A stretch of 64,000 nt of DNA from an uncultured Gemmatimonadales bacterium (GCA_963722825.1 CAVROI010000001.1:1302427-1366426), one strand, 5' to 3'. Numbered from the stretch's first letter, positions 32,488 to 42,365 are shown. The notes: generated from the sequence alone by a model not told the origin. Made by a program: numbers and translations.

Positions 32488-32970
32488 CTACCTGGATGGC
32501 CAGCTTCCGAGGAGACGGCGCACCACCACGAGCTCACCTACATGGTAGGCCGTGTGGTCCGCGGCGAGGAGCAGCTCCCGCAAGTAGGTCTGACCACTGC
32601 CATGCGGAATCCTCGCCTCGAGCGGGATGGCCTCGTTCAAGGCCAGCGCCACCAGCGCCTCGCAATCTTCCTTGAATGCCCGAATACTCGCCGCCCAGGC
32701 CGCACCCGACGGCGGCTCCGGGGAGGATGGCCAATAGTCGTCCGGCCAATTCCGCTCCCGGTACGACGGGTTCCTGCAGAAGTCGAGTATGTCGTTCTGA
32801 GTCAGGCGGACGTGTTCGACGAGCTGCCATGGCGAGTATGGGAGCGACGGCGGGGCCATGCCTCGGAGCCGGGGCTCCAGGGCCTTTACCGCGCTGTCAA
32901 ACGAGACGTGAGCATCCTCCCATGCGAGGAGCCTGGCGAGATGATCACGGAGAGAGGAATCGTGGGTCAT
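32488..32970 (-). CDS. DinB family protein
   Basis: YSPWQLVEH, WPDDYWP, DHTAYHVGE. Confidence 0.88.
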   Translation of the reverse strand: MTHDSSLRDHLARLLAWEDAHVSFDSAVKALEPRLRGMAPPSLPYSPWQLVEHVRLTQNDILDFCRNPSYRERNWPDDYWPSSPEPPSGAAWAASIRAFKEDCEALVALALNEAIPLEARIPHGSGQTYLRELLLAADHTAYHVGELVVVRRLLGSWPSR

Positions 32971-32974
32971 GTGA

Positions 32975-34291
32975 CTATCCGGCCGCCCGTCCCGGGGCGC
33001 GCACACGTTGGGCGATGAGGAAAGCGATCGCCGCCGCCACCAGGGTGGCCGCCACCGCCCCCAGCTCACTCCTCGTGGATTGTGCCACCAACCACAACAT
33101 GGATCCCACTCCGAGGGCCGCGAGGAGGCGCTGGAGCGTCACCGGTAGCGGTAGCCCGTCTCCCGCTGCAACTCCCCGCGCGAGAATGAGGGCGGCGGCA
33201 CAGGTCATACCATACAATATCACGTTCGTGACGCTCGCAAGAATGGCCAGCTTGGCGAACGTTCGAGTGGCCGCGAGCACGAGGGCGATGGACGCGTGAA
33301 GTAACACCGCCACGTAGGGGATTCGCGTGCGCGGGTGAAGCGTCGCCACGACGGCGGGCAGAAACCCATCCCGTCCGAACGCGAAGAGAATTCTCGAAGA
33401 CCCGAGGAGATTTCCCGCCAGCAATCCGAGCATGCTGAACGCCATGCCGCCGATCATCAACGCCCGTCCTCGCGGCCACACCAGGCCGACGGCGTCGGCG
33501 AGCGGAGCCGGTGACGCGGATAACCGACCGCCCAGCACGCCCTGCGCCACCAGATGAATCGCAACGTAGGCCGTGACCACCAGGACCATCCCGGTAAGAA
33601 GGCCGATCGGGACGGTGCGCCTCGGCTCCCGGATCTCCCCGCTCGCCCCCACCGCCGCCTCCATCCCGGCCAGCGCGAAAAACGCGAGGATCGCGGCCCG
33701 CCCCAGGTGTCCGGGGTCGACCGGCCCGGACCATTGAAGGTTCGACGATTCGGCCGCCTGTGTGGCGACGAGCAGGAAGAGGAGGAGCGTGCCAAGCTTG
33801 GCCGCGGTGGCGGCGACGATCAGCCGCGCCCCGGTTCTGATGCCGAGCAGGTTGAGCGCCACCGGGCCGGCATAGATGAGAACGACGAGGACGATCTGCC
33901 CGGCGAAGGTTTGGAATCGCGGGTACGCGCTGGAGGCGATTCCCGCCAGCGCGGCAATCAGGCCCGCACTCGCCAGGGCACCCCCCAGCCAGGCGAGCAC
34001 CCCCGCCAAGTATCCGGTGAACGGACCGAACGCCGTCTCGACGTAGGCGTATGCGCCACCGGTGCGGTAGACGCGGGCCCCCGCGATGGCGAAGGAGACG
34101 GTGACCAGCAGCAGGGCCACGCCGCACACCAGGTAGGCAAGCACGCCGCTCGGCCCCAGCTCCCCTGCCACGGCGGCGGGCAGCACGAAGATTCCACCGC
34201 CGACCACTGCGTTCACGACCGCCGCGGTCAGGCCCAGCGGCCCGATGCCACGAACGAGCCCCTCGTCGGCCTGAGCGGGCCGCAGTGTCAG
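32975..34291 (-). CDS. APC family amino acid permease (start unclear)
   Basis: LVRGIG, VGGGIF, GGAYAYV, GMEA, multiple TM helices. Confidence 0.88.
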   Translation of the reverse strand: MTLRPAQADEGLVRGIGPLGLTAAVVNAVVGGGIFVLPAAVAGELGPSGVLAYLVCGVALLLVTVSFAIAGARVYRTGGAYAYVETAFGPFTGYLAGVLAWLGGALASAGLIAALAGIASSAYPRFQTFAGQIVLVVLIYAGPVALNLLGIRTGARLIVAATAAKLGTLLLFLLVATQAAESSNLQWSGPVDPGHLGRAAILAFFALAGMEAAVGASGEIREPRRTVPIGLLTGMVLVVTAYVAIHLVAQGVLGGRLSASPAPLADAVGLVWPRGRALMIGGMAFSMLGLLAGNLLGSSRILFAFGRDGFLPAVVATLHPRTRIPYVAVLLHASIALVLAATRTFAKLAILASVTNVILYGMTCAAALILARGVAAGDGLPLPVTLQRLLAALGVGSMLWLVAQSTRSELGAVAATLVAAAIAFLIAQRVRAPGRAAG

Positions 34292-34384
34292 AAAGGCTTC
34301 CGAATCACACCGCGCATGGCGACCTCATTAACATCGGCGCCGAGGCTCCGTCACTCCGAGAGTCCATTGACGGAGATGTCTAGG

Positions 34385-34699
34385 ATGAAACCGATCTCAC
34401 GCCTGCTCCCTCTCGCACTCGCCGTCGGCCTGGCAACGGTGATCGGCTGTGCCAGTCCACCCCCACCCGGCCGCGTCTACGTCGTCGATCGTCCGCCACC
34501 CGTTCGCGCCGAAATCATCCCCGTCCGTCCCGGCCGCGCTTATGTCTGGATTCCCGGGTACTGGGGCCGCGGCCGCCGGGGATACGAGTGGGTCTCGGGG
34601 CGCTACGTGGTTCCTCCCGGACACCGTAGGGGATGGGTACCGGGACGCTGGTATCATGGCCGCGGCGGCTGGTACTTCATCGAGGGCCACTGGCGGTGA
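34385..34699 (+). CDS. WXXGXW (YXWGXW) repeat lipoprotein
   Basis: VIGC lipobox-like; WIPGYW, WVSGRY, WVPGRW, FIEGHW. Confidence 0.88.
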   Translation: MKPISRLLPLALAVGLATVIGCASPPPPGRVYVVDRPPPVRAEIIPVRPGRAYVWIPGYWGRGRRGYEWVSGRYVVPPGHRRGWVPGRWYHGRGGWYFIEGHWR

Positions 34700-34720
34700 G
34701 CGGGCCGTGAATCCTCTTTG

Positions 34721-35671
34721 CTACTCCAGGGGAATCCGGTCCTTGTTGGCCGCGAGCCAGCGGTCGAAGGTCTGCATCTCGGGGTTGAGAGCGCGGGCGG
34801 CCGCGAGGGGGCGGGCACCGCAGAAGACGGCCTGGAAGTCCCGGTTGAACTGAAACATGTTGCCGATGTCCTCCGCCCCGGGAAATCCAAACGAGCGAAA
34901 TACCTCGGGCGGCACCGCATTGTACCGGACTTCCTTTCCGAGCGCCTTGCCGAGCGCCGACGCCATCTCTCCACCGCTCAGATGCTCGCCCGCGATGCCC
35001 ACGGTCTTCCCGATGAATTCGCGGCCCCGTTTGAAGATGGCGTAGGCACTCTTGCCGATGTCCTCGGCCGCGATGCCGGGGAGCTTCTTGTCGTCCATCG
35101 GCATGGTGTACGCCAGCATGCCATCCGGACCCTTCTTCGGTCCCATGCCGAAATAGATCAGGTTGTCCCAGTAGAACGACGTGAGCAGGATGGTGGTCGG
35201 CACGCCGAGATCGGCGAAGACGTGATCCGCCTCACCCTTACCGTCGAAGTGCGGGACCTTGTACTTGCCCATGAGCGTAGGCATGCGATCGTCGTCCAGC
35301 GGTACCCACTTCCGCGTGTCCTCCAGGGTCGACCAGATCGCGTGCTTGATGCCGGTTGCCTTCGCCGCGCGCGCCATCGCGGTGGCCTGCGCCGTCTCCT
35401 TTTCCGGCGAGAAGTGATGCCAGAAGAAGGTGACACAGAAGGCCCCATACGCGCCCGCGAATGCGCGCTCGATGCTTTGGGGATCATCGAGGTTCGCGGC
35501 CACCACCTCCGCTCCAGCCTTCGCCAGGGCCTTTGCCTTTTCCGAATTGACGTCCGTGGTGAGGGCCCGAGCAGAAAACTCGCCGGCCTTGTCGGCCAGG
35601 ATGGCACGCACGAGCCCGCCGCCCTGAGCCCCCGTCGCCCCCACTACCGCGATAACCTTCTTCTCGGCCAT
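34721..35671 (-). CDS. NmrA/HSCARG family protein
   Basis: GATGAQGG, VPHFDGK; GAGGAGG RBS. Confidence 0.92.
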   Translation of the reverse strand: MAEKKVIAVVGATGAQGGGLVRAILADKAGEFSARALTTDVNSEKAKALAKAGAEVVAANLDDPQSIERAFAGAYGAFCVTFFWHHFSPEKETAQATAMARAAKATGIKHAIWSTLEDTRKWVPLDDDRMPTLMGKYKVPHFDGKGEADHVFADLGVPTTILLTSFYWDNLIYFGMGPKKGPDGMLAYTMPMDDKKLPGIAAEDIGKSAYAIFKRGREFIGKTVGIAGEHLSGGEMASALGKALGKEVRYNAVPPEVFRSFGFPGAEDIGNMFQFNRDFQAVFCGARPLAAARALNPEMQTFDRWLAANKDRIPLE

Positions 35672-35711
35672 GTATCCTCCTCGGCGGATCTTCGCAGCAT
35701 CTCAGACCGCG

Positions 35712-35740
35712 AATCTCATCCCGCCCGGAACCGCCGTCAA
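35712..35740 (-). promoter_or_regulatory. Possible sigma70 promoter of the NmrA gene
   Basis: TTGACG-17 bp-GAGATT. Confidence 0.35.
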
Positions 35741-35758
35741 TAGTTGCCGGCTCCGCGG

Positions 35759-36232
35759 TCACCCTGGGGTGATCAAACGCTGCAGACGATCGAGCAACTC
35801 GCGCTGCGCCGGATTGATTCGTTCGCCGGCGACCTCAAGGTCGAACCAGGCGCAACGATCCACTTCGGGAAAGGTGAGATCGCGACCGGAGCCCCGCGGC
35901 CACTCCATGGTCGTCGGATTGCTCGTCACGGTATCCGGATCCGCGTCTCCCTCCCAGGCCCACGCACACACGACCTTCCCGCCCTTCTGTTTCACCTGTC
36001 CCAGATCCCAATACGGGTCCTTGGGAATTACACCGGTCTCTTCCTCGAACTCCCGCCGCGCGGCATCGAGCGGCGCTTCCCCCGGGTTGATCATCCCTTT
36101 CGGGATGGTCCAGGCCCCGACGTCACGTCGTTGCCAGAACGGGCCTCCCGGGTGGGCGAGGAAGACCTGGAGTCCCGCTGGGGCCCGACGAAACAACAAG
36201 AGGCCGGCGCTGATGGTGGATGAATTCGGCAT
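35759..36232 (-). CDS. NUDIX hydrolase
   Basis: HPGGPFW, PKG..AARREFEEETG. Confidence 0.9.
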   Translation of the reverse strand: MPNSSTISAGLLLFRRAPAGLQVFLAHPGGPFWQRRDVGAWTIPKGMINPGEAPLDAARREFEEETGVIPKDPYWDLGQVKQKGGKVVCAWAWEGDADPDTVTSNPTTMEWPRGSGRDLTFPEVDRCAWFDLEVAGERINPAQRELLDRLQRLITPG

Positions 36233-36263
36233 GGTGGCTCGGAGCAGGCGGCGGGCGGCTGGA

Positions 36264-36806
36264 TCAGGAGCGTGGCGCTTCGTGGTCGGTGAGGACGGGC
36301 AGGAACGGCACCCAGGGGCCGACCTCGGACCGGTACTGCTTGGCCATCACGCGCTCCACCTGCGCGAGATGCCCAAGATCGTGCACCACCCACGAGGCCA
36401 GGAGCTGTCCGAGGGTGACGCGGCCGAGACTCGGGTGGACGCCGGGAAGCTCGAGATCGTCCGGCGTCAGACGCCATGCGCGGAGGGTGGCGAGATTGGC
36501 GGCCCGCAAACGCCCGAACTCCTCGAGGAGAGAATCGAGCGTCCGAGCGGCGTTTCGCTCCAAATGGCGGAAGCGGTCGTACGGTTCGAATCGATTATTC
36601 CCATCCCTCGCCAGGATGAGGCGCGCCCGTGGCACCCAATCGGTTTCCTCCCCGTCGATCAGGTGCCCGACCACATCGAACGGAGTGAAGGTGTTGGGCC
36701 CCTCGCTGGCGCGAGCCCATTCCTCGGGAAGGCCGCCGAGGAGGGACTTCAAGGTTGGGGGCGTGCGGGAAAGCACGTCCACAGCGATATCAAGCACGAA
36801 CTTCAT
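36264..36806 (-). CDS. DinB family protein
   Basis: VVGHLIDGEETDW, WVVHDLGH. Confidence 0.88.
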   Translation of the reverse strand: MKFVLDIAVDVLSRTPPTLKSLLGGLPEEWARASEGPNTFTPFDVVGHLIDGEETDWVPRARLILARDGNNRFEPYDRFRHLERNAARTLDSLLEEFGRLRAANLATLRAWRLTPDDLELPGVHPSLGRVTLGQLLASWVVHDLGHLAQVERVMAKQYRSEVGPWVPFLPVLTDHEAPRS

Positions 36807-36883
36807 TGATTCTGCCTCATCATGACCGGGCCGCGACTCCTGCCGGAAATCCGCGGTGCCGGCCCTCGGCCCTTCGTGCGAGC

Positions 36884-37210
36884 TCAGTAGCCGGTGTTGT
36901 GGAACCCCCGCAACCGGGACGCCAGATCGGCCGGCTCGGTCCGAAGGACGTGTCCCGTCGGCGCCACGTAGATCCGCACGCTGGGCGCACCCGGGATGAG
37001 GGTCGGCGCAAATGCGAATCGCCAGGCGAGCGGCCGCCCACGTATCTGCGACACCCCATGCCACAGGAACGTGGTGGTCTGCTTGCCCATCTGCGGCGGA
37101 GGGGCCCCGAGGAGCTGGCCCACGCTCGTGTACGCCGCCGCCCAGGAGGCCCCGAAGAGCAGCGCGGCGAGCACGGCCAGGATCATGGTCCACCAGATGA
37201 GGCGTGCCAT
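36884..37210 (-). CDS. Membrane-anchored hypothetical protein
   Basis: N-terminal TM, GGAG RBS. Confidence 0.7.
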   Translation of the reverse strand: MARLIWWTMILAVLAALLFGASWAAAYTSVGQLLGAPPPQMGKQTTTFLWHGVSQIRGRPLAWRFAFAPTLIPGAPSVRIYVAPTGHVLRTEPADLASRLRGFHNTGY

Positions 37211-37228
37211 AGGACTCCAGCGTCGAGG

Positions 37229-37746
37229 TCAACAGGGGGCGCCGTGAGCGGCACATGAAGTATACGACCAGGCGATGGCCCTGACGACGCCTCCACCCAG
37301 CCCGCGGGCGACCGCCAGCTGCGCGGTCTTCGTCATTCCGTGGTGGATCATCTCGGTCGGGATCTGGACCGCCGATTCGCTCGAGATGGAGACGATACGG
37401 CCCCAATTCCGCCCGCGCATGGTCCGAACGTAATGCCGGACAGCCTGATGCCCCTCAGGAGTTGGTCTCGAAGAACCGCAGCCAATCGGCATCGGAAATG
37501 TCCTCGAACGGTTTGGGCTCGAAGATCCCGAGGTTGTTGACCAGCACATCCACGTCGGGCACAGCCAGAGCGAGAGTGGTGCACCCCGCTTCGCCGCTGA
37601 GATCGGCGGCGATGCCGTCCACCGCTGCGCCGGTGCGGCCGCTCACCCGTCACGCTGGCACCCTCGGAGCGAGCGCGCGCGGCAAGTCCGATGCCGGCGG
37701 TGGATCCGGTCACGAGCGCCCCCCTTCCCTTCAGACCGAGATCCAT
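37229..37746 (-). pseudogene. Degraded short-chain dehydrogenase (SDR)
   Basis: TGSTAGIG, VNNLGIFEP and SSESAVQIP..HHGMTKTAQ lie in three different frames; C-terminus absent. Confidence 0.88.
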
Positions 37747-37858
37747 GTCACCCCTGGCCGCGCGACCGGCCTGTCACACCGATGTAAAAGTCGTCCCGGG
37801 GGGTGATGCGAGTCAAAGGCCCCTGATGTAGTTTGGTCTGTAGGACCCCACCAAGGAG

Positions 37859-38257
37859 ATGACAATGGCTACCGCTGCACCCGCCTCGACCAAAACGATT
37901 GCGCAGGAGCTCGTCGAGCTCTGCCGCGCCGGACGCAATCTCGACGCCATCAATAAGCTCTACTCTCCCAGGATCGTCAGCGTCGAGTCCGTGGGCACTG
38001 AAGACATGCCGGCGGAAGTGACCGGCATCGATGCGGTCCGCAAGAAGAACGCAGAGTGGTTCGAGAACAACGAAGTGCATTCGGCGGAGGCAAACGGCCC
38101 GTTCCTGGCCGACGACCAGTTCGCGGTGCAATACACCTTCGAGACCACCCACAAGCCCAGCGGCCAGCGCGCTCGTATGACCGAAATGGCCCTCTACCGG
38201 GTGAAGGACGGCAAGATCGTCCACGAGCAGTTCTTCTATCACATGCCCGGGGCCTGA
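37859..38257 (+). CDS. SnoaL/NTF2-like protein
   Basis: AAGGAG RBS; LYSPRIVSVE, VKDGKIVHEQFFY. Confidence 0.88.
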   Translation: MTMATAAPASTKTIAQELVELCRAGRNLDAINKLYSPRIVSVESVGTEDMPAEVTGIDAVRKKNAEWFENNEVHSAEANGPFLADDQFAVQYTFETTHKPSGQRARMTEMALYRVKDGKIVHEQFFYHMPGA

Positions 38258-38318
38258 CCTCCCTCCGATGCCGGGCCTGCCGCACTGAGACGGCCGGCCC
38301 GGGTCGAGCCTGGGCCGC

Positions 38319-38774
38319 TCAGGCGGCGCCCACCAATTTCACTTCGATGTTACCACGAGTTGCCCGCGAGTAGGGGCAAATCTCATGTGCCGCCTTCATC
38401 AGCTCCTGCACGGTTTCAGCCGACTGCCCCGGGATCCGGCCGGTCAGCGTCGCCGCGAGCCCAAAGGCTCCACTCTCTTCCTTGCCGAAGGTCACCTCCG
38501 CCGTAATAGACACGGGATTGATGCGCATTCGCTTCTGAAGGGCGACGATTTCGACGGCACCGCCGAAGCATGCGGAGTAAGCGGCCGCAAAGAGCTGCTC
38601 GGGGTTGGAGGTGCCCTCCCTGCCCGGACCGCCCATCGATTTTGGAATGGAGACATCGAGGTCGAGGAGGCCGTCCTCGCTGCGGATGTGGCCGTTGCGA
38701 CCGCCGATGTTTTCGACCTTGGCGGTATATAGGGGCTGCATGGAATGCTGCGTTTGATGTCGAGTGGCGGTCAT
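38319..38774 (-). CDS. ohr: Organic hydroperoxide resistance protein
   Basis: GGRNG, NPEQLFAAAYSACF, AHEICPYSRATRGN. Confidence 0.93.
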   Translation of the reverse strand: MTATRHQTQHSMQPLYTAKVENIGGRNGHIRSEDGLLDLDVSIPKSMGGPGREGTSNPEQLFAAAYSACFGGAVEIVALQKRMRINPVSITAEVTFGKEESGAFGLAATLTGRIPGQSAETVQELMKAAHEICPYSRATRGNIEVKLVGAA

Positions 38775-39196
38775 CTTTTCTCTCCTCTGTCTTTTCCGTG
38801 ATGCTCCCGAATGGCGAGCCAGAGACAGGCGAATCCAAGGGGGGCCGCCAGACCGACGACGCCGGCCCCCGCGAGCACCCACGATCCCTTGAGCCTCGCC
38901 ATGATCGGAATCTGATGTCGAAGTGCCGAGATGAAAAGCGGGAGCCAACATCCGGCGAGCGCCGCCAGGGCCACCGCTGCCAGCGACCGCTCGCGGCGCC
39001 ACCGCCAGACCAGCGGCGCGAGGGCCACGACCGCCACGGTTCCCCAGAGCAGCATCCAGACGCCATCGTAGACGCCGAGCTCGGGAATCGACTCGGTATA
39101 CGCAACATATGCGGCGATGAGCAGCGAGGCGGCACCGGCGGCGGCAGACAACCGTCGGCCGGCAGAGCGACGTATTATGGAATAGTCGTCGGTCAT
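38771..39196 (-). CDS. Membrane protein
   Basis: About 4 hydrophobic helices; ATGA overlaps both sides. Confidence 0.7.
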   Translation of the reverse strand: MTDDYSIIRRSAGRRLSAAAGAASLLIAAYVAYTESIPELGVYDGVWMLLWGTVAVVALAPLVWRWRRERSLAAVALAALAGCWLPLFISALRHQIPIMARLKGSWVLAGAGVVGLAAPLGFACLWLAIREHHGKDRGEKR

Positions 39197-39735
39197 CGTC
39201 CGTCCACCGGGCGGCCCATGAACACCGTATCGGTATACACGTCGCCGATGCATTGATCGCGCGTCACCCTTCCTTCCACGACCCAGCCCAGTCGCTCGTA
39301 CAAGCGGATGGCGCCGACATTGTCCACTCTCGTCCGGAGGTTGAGTTTTCGTATCACAGCACTCCGTTCCGCCCAGTCGATCAACATCTCCAGCAGCGCA
39401 CGTCCGATTCCCTGGCCGGTCAGGGACCGGCTTACGCTGATGCCCAGCTCGCCGGTGTGCCGGATGCGGGCGCGCCGTCCGCCCTCGAATGACAGGGACC
39501 CGACAATCGTATCGCCGTGGAGCGCGACCAGGACCAGTGCGTTGTCGCTCGCCGCGGTGCGGGCCAGGTACTCGCGCTCTTCCGCCTCGTTCAGCCCGGG
39601 TCCCTCCGGTCCGAACGTCAGATTGTCCGACTCGCCCCCGACCTTCCGGAGGTAGGCGAGAAGCGCTCCGGCATCGTCGGGCACGGCGCGACGGATGTAT
39701 ATCCGGCTTCCGCCGGCCAGTTCGAGGTGGCGCAT
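39193..39735 (-). CDS. GNAT acetyltransferase
   Basis: RIRHTGELGISV, GQGIG, NVGAIRLYERLG. Confidence 0.9.
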   Translation of the reverse strand: MRHLELAGGSRIYIRRAVPDDAGALLAYLRKVGGESDNLTFGPEGPGLNEAEEREYLARTAASDNALVLVALHGDTIVGSLSFEGGRRARIRHTGELGISVSRSLTGQGIGRALLEMLIDWAERSAVIRKLNLRTRVDNVGAIRLYERLGWVVEGRVTRDQCIGDVYTDTVFMGRPVDGR

Positions 39736-39918
39736 AGCCTCAATGTTCCGGGTATGGGCTCCGCGGGGCAGCCCTCGGGGCAGCAGTGTTGATCCGAGGC
39801 GTTGTCAGAGCATAAATGCGCTGTGCCAAGAGCTTAGATGTTGTAGTCTCATCTATTACATCAGATTGGCCGCAAGTCGTTGCGGACGCGGGGAACGCGG
39901 AGCACCCTGGTCCGCGCC

Positions 39919-40296
39919 TCAGGCGGCGGCGGGATCGGGGCCCATCGCGTAGTGCGCACGCACCCGCCGAATCCGGCCGCTCGCATCCAGCTCCATGTAC
40001 TCTGCGCTCATCAAGCCCTGGATACTCTGGTAGTGCAAGACGATGCTATCCACCCCGGCGTAGGCGCGGTGCAGCACGAATCGGAGATCGGGATACTGAG
40101 CCATGAGCGGTCCCCAGTACGCGCGCAACCCCGGCTTGCCCACGACGGCCTTCTTTCCGGGCCCGAGAACGGTCTCCACGAATGGCGATGTGACTTCGAC
40201 GTCTTCGGTGTAGTGGCTCAGGATGCGATCGAGATCGCGGCTGTTCCACGCCTCGATCCACTTGACCGCAAATCGCTGCGCATCCGCCTCGGTCAT
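39919..40296 (-). CDS. SnoaL/NTF2-like protein
   Basis: WIEAWNSRDLDRILSHY, YPDLRF. Confidence 0.88.
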   Translation of the reverse strand: MTEADAQRFAVKWIEAWNSRDLDRILSHYTEDVEVTSPFVETVLGPGKKAVVGKPGLRAYWGPLMAQYPDLRFVLHRAYAGVDSIVLHYQSIQGLMSAEYMELDASGRIRRVRAHYAMGPDPAAA

Positions 40297-40336
40297 CTGT
40301 CGCTCCGGCCGTGTCGGCGCGCTCGAAGGTCGACGA

Positions 40337-40822
40337 TCACGCGGGCGCCTCCGGAGCATCGAGCGAGAGGATCGGACACTCGTCTCGAAAACGTCGCTGG
40401 ATCTCGAGGCGATTCTCCATCGCGCCGGACTGCGCGGCGATCCGCCAGGCGAAGTCCCGGCGCGTCTCGATGCTATCCGAGCCCTGCTGAACCGCAACCC
40501 GCCACTGCGCGCAGTAGGCGGGCAGCTCCACGTCGATGAGCCGGCGGGCCGACCGAACCTCCGCGACGAAGGCCTCACACGTGGGATACGCCGATGCCTG
40601 CGCCCGGTGCACCGCCTCGTGCGCCTCCAGCTGCGCCAGCAGCAACGAGTCACGTACATCCTGGCGCATCCGGGTAATTGCACTGCCTGCCTCGCACCGG
40701 GTGAGGCCAAGAAAATCGTCGGCCGTCGCAGGGCGCTGGGCCCGCAGCGCGGCCGGCCACAGCGCGCCGACCATAGAGACCCTGCGCGCCCAGCACCGAA
40801 GGCCGAACGCAGGCTCGATCAT
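40337..40822 (-). CDS. Secreted hypothetical protein with HExxH
   Basis: AHEAVH, ELPAYC; start uncertain. Confidence 0.65.
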   Translation of the reverse strand: MIEPAFGLRCWARRVSMVGALWPAALRAQRPATADDFLGLTRCEAGSAITRMRQDVRDSLLLAQLEAHEAVHRAQASAYPTCEAFVAEVRSARRLIDVELPAYCAQWRVAVQQGSDSIETRRDFAWRIAAQSGAMENRLEIQRRFRDECPILSLDAPEAPA

Positions 40823-40911
40823 GATGATCTCATGTCCCCCTCATTCCACCATGTTGTCAAAACGCTCGTCTATGCTCGGTAAATAGTGGCGACGCCGCAA
40901 GGAAATCCCGC

Positions 40912-41367
40912 TCAGGCGCGCCGAAGTCGAACGAGCACCCGGTCGAGCGCAGAGGCGAACGCCTGCTTCGCCCGGGCATCGTATGGCGGCGGCCCCGCAG
41001 TCGTTCCACCCACACTGCGCACTCTCTCCATGAAGTCTCGAATCGAGAGACGCTCGCCGATGGTGTCGCCGGTATGCTCCTGGCCACGCGGATCGAGCAC
41101 GGCAACTCCCATCGGCACGAGGACGGCCGCGAGGGGAATATCCTGGGTGACGACCAGATCGCCCGCCTCTGCGTGCTCCGCGATGTAGCCGTCGGCCACG
41201 TCGGGGCCCCCATCGACTCGCACCGAGCTCACGAGCGGATTGCCTGCGGGAGGATCGAGCCGCTGGTTCGACACGAGGATCGCCTGGATGGCCAGCCGCT
41301 TGGCGGCCCGGAAGACGAGCTCCTTCACGTCGCGCGGCGCGGCGTCGGCGTCGATCCAGATTTTCAT
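40912..41367 (-). CDS. YaiI/YqxD (DUF188) family protein
   Basis: IWIDADAAP, GDLVVTQDIPLA, DPRG. Confidence 0.92.
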   Translation of the reverse strand: MKIWIDADAAPRDVKELVFRAAKRLAIQAILVSNQRLDPPAGNPLVSSVRVDGGPDVADGYIAEHAEAGDLVVTQDIPLAAVLVPMGVAVLDPRGQEHTGDTIGERLSIRDFMERVRSVGGTTAGPPPYDARAKQAFASALDRVLVRLRRA

Positions 41368-41529
41368 TCCAGGTCTCGAGAGCACGGATTAGTTCGGATC
41401 ATCGTTTTACGGCGGGGCGGTCGAGCGCATTCTCCATGCTCATTAGCCGATCTAATCTGTCACTTGACATGCAATAGCTCAACCACTTACATCGCATGAA
41501 TATACGAGTATACACACGCCGCTCAGAGC

Positions 41530-41805
41530 CTAGCCCCTGCTCACCAGCCACCAGATCAGCAGCGCCGCCGCCGCGGGCACCCCGAACACCACGCCGAACA
41601 CGGGTGCCTCGTCGGCCAGGGAGTAGCCCGCTCGGGACACACCGATCCACAGGTTGATGCCGGCCGCGATCAGCCAGAGCGGAATGAAGCACTTGGCCGC
41701 GGTCATCAGGGCGGCGCCCTGGCTCGTGCCCGCGGTGAGCCGAGCGATCAACAGGCACACCGCAAGGAGCACGAAACCGGCCCCGATGACCTTGATCGTA
41801 TGCAT
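41530..41805 (-). CDS. Small 3-TM membrane protein
   Basis: FIPLW, NLWIGVSRAGYS..E; AGGA RBS. Confidence 0.8.
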   Translation of the reverse strand: MHTIKVIGAGFVLLAVCLLIARLTAGTSQGAALMTAAKCFIPLWLIAAGINLWIGVSRAGYSLADEAPVFGVVFGVPAAAALLIWWLVSRG

Positions 41806-41901
41806 TCCTGGCTCACCCCCTCACGTGCGGCGTGCCTACCCGTGGCCCTCGAGGTACATTTGACCGACAATCACACCATCACTCATCGCGGGGGTGAGGC
41901 C

Positions 41902-42348
41902 ATGGCCCACGATGCCGCCGCTTCCAGGAAGCCGGTCGTGGTCCGCTGCTTCAGCTGCGGAACGATCAATCGCGTCGATCTCGCTCGTCTCCGTGACGGG
42001 CCCAAGTGCGCGAAATGCCGGAAGCCGCTGCCGCTCGATCGCCCGCAGCCGGTCACCGACGCCGATTTTCAGAAGATCCTCGACGGCGCGAGTGTACCCG
42101 TGCTGGTGGACTGCTACGCCGATTGGTGCGGTCCCTGTCGCGCCGTCGCCCCCGTTGTCGAGACCTTCGCCTCGAGCCGAGCCGGTGATGTACTGATACT
42201 CAAGCTCGACACCGACGCCAACCCGCAGACGGCGCAGCGTCTCGGCATTCGCGGCATACCGACACTGATCTCCTTTCGGGGCGGCCGCGAGCTGCGCCGG
42301 CACGTGGGCGTCGCGGACAGGCAGGTACTGGAGAGACTGATCGTGTGA
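41902..42348 (+). CDS. trxC: Thioredoxin 2 (zinc-binding)
   Basis: CFSC..CAKC zinc finger plus WCGPC. Confidence 0.9.
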   Translation: MAHDAAASRKPVVVRCFSCGTINRVDLARLRDGPKCAKCRKPLPLDRPQPVTDADFQKILDGASVPVLVDCYADWCGPCRAVAPVVETFASSRAGDVLILKLDTDANPQTAQRLGIRGIPTLISFRGGRELRRHVGVADRQVLERLIV

Positions 42349-42365
42349 TCGAGGGGAAATGAAGC

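Noticed and set aside
37229-37746. Programmed frameshifting in the SDR gene
   Set aside because: Multiple indels, internal deletions, catalytic Tyr replaced and C-terminus missing: ordinary decay
39805-39832. dif/Xer-like site (GCATAA arm)
   Set aside because: Right arm and 6-bp spacer do not fit the consensus
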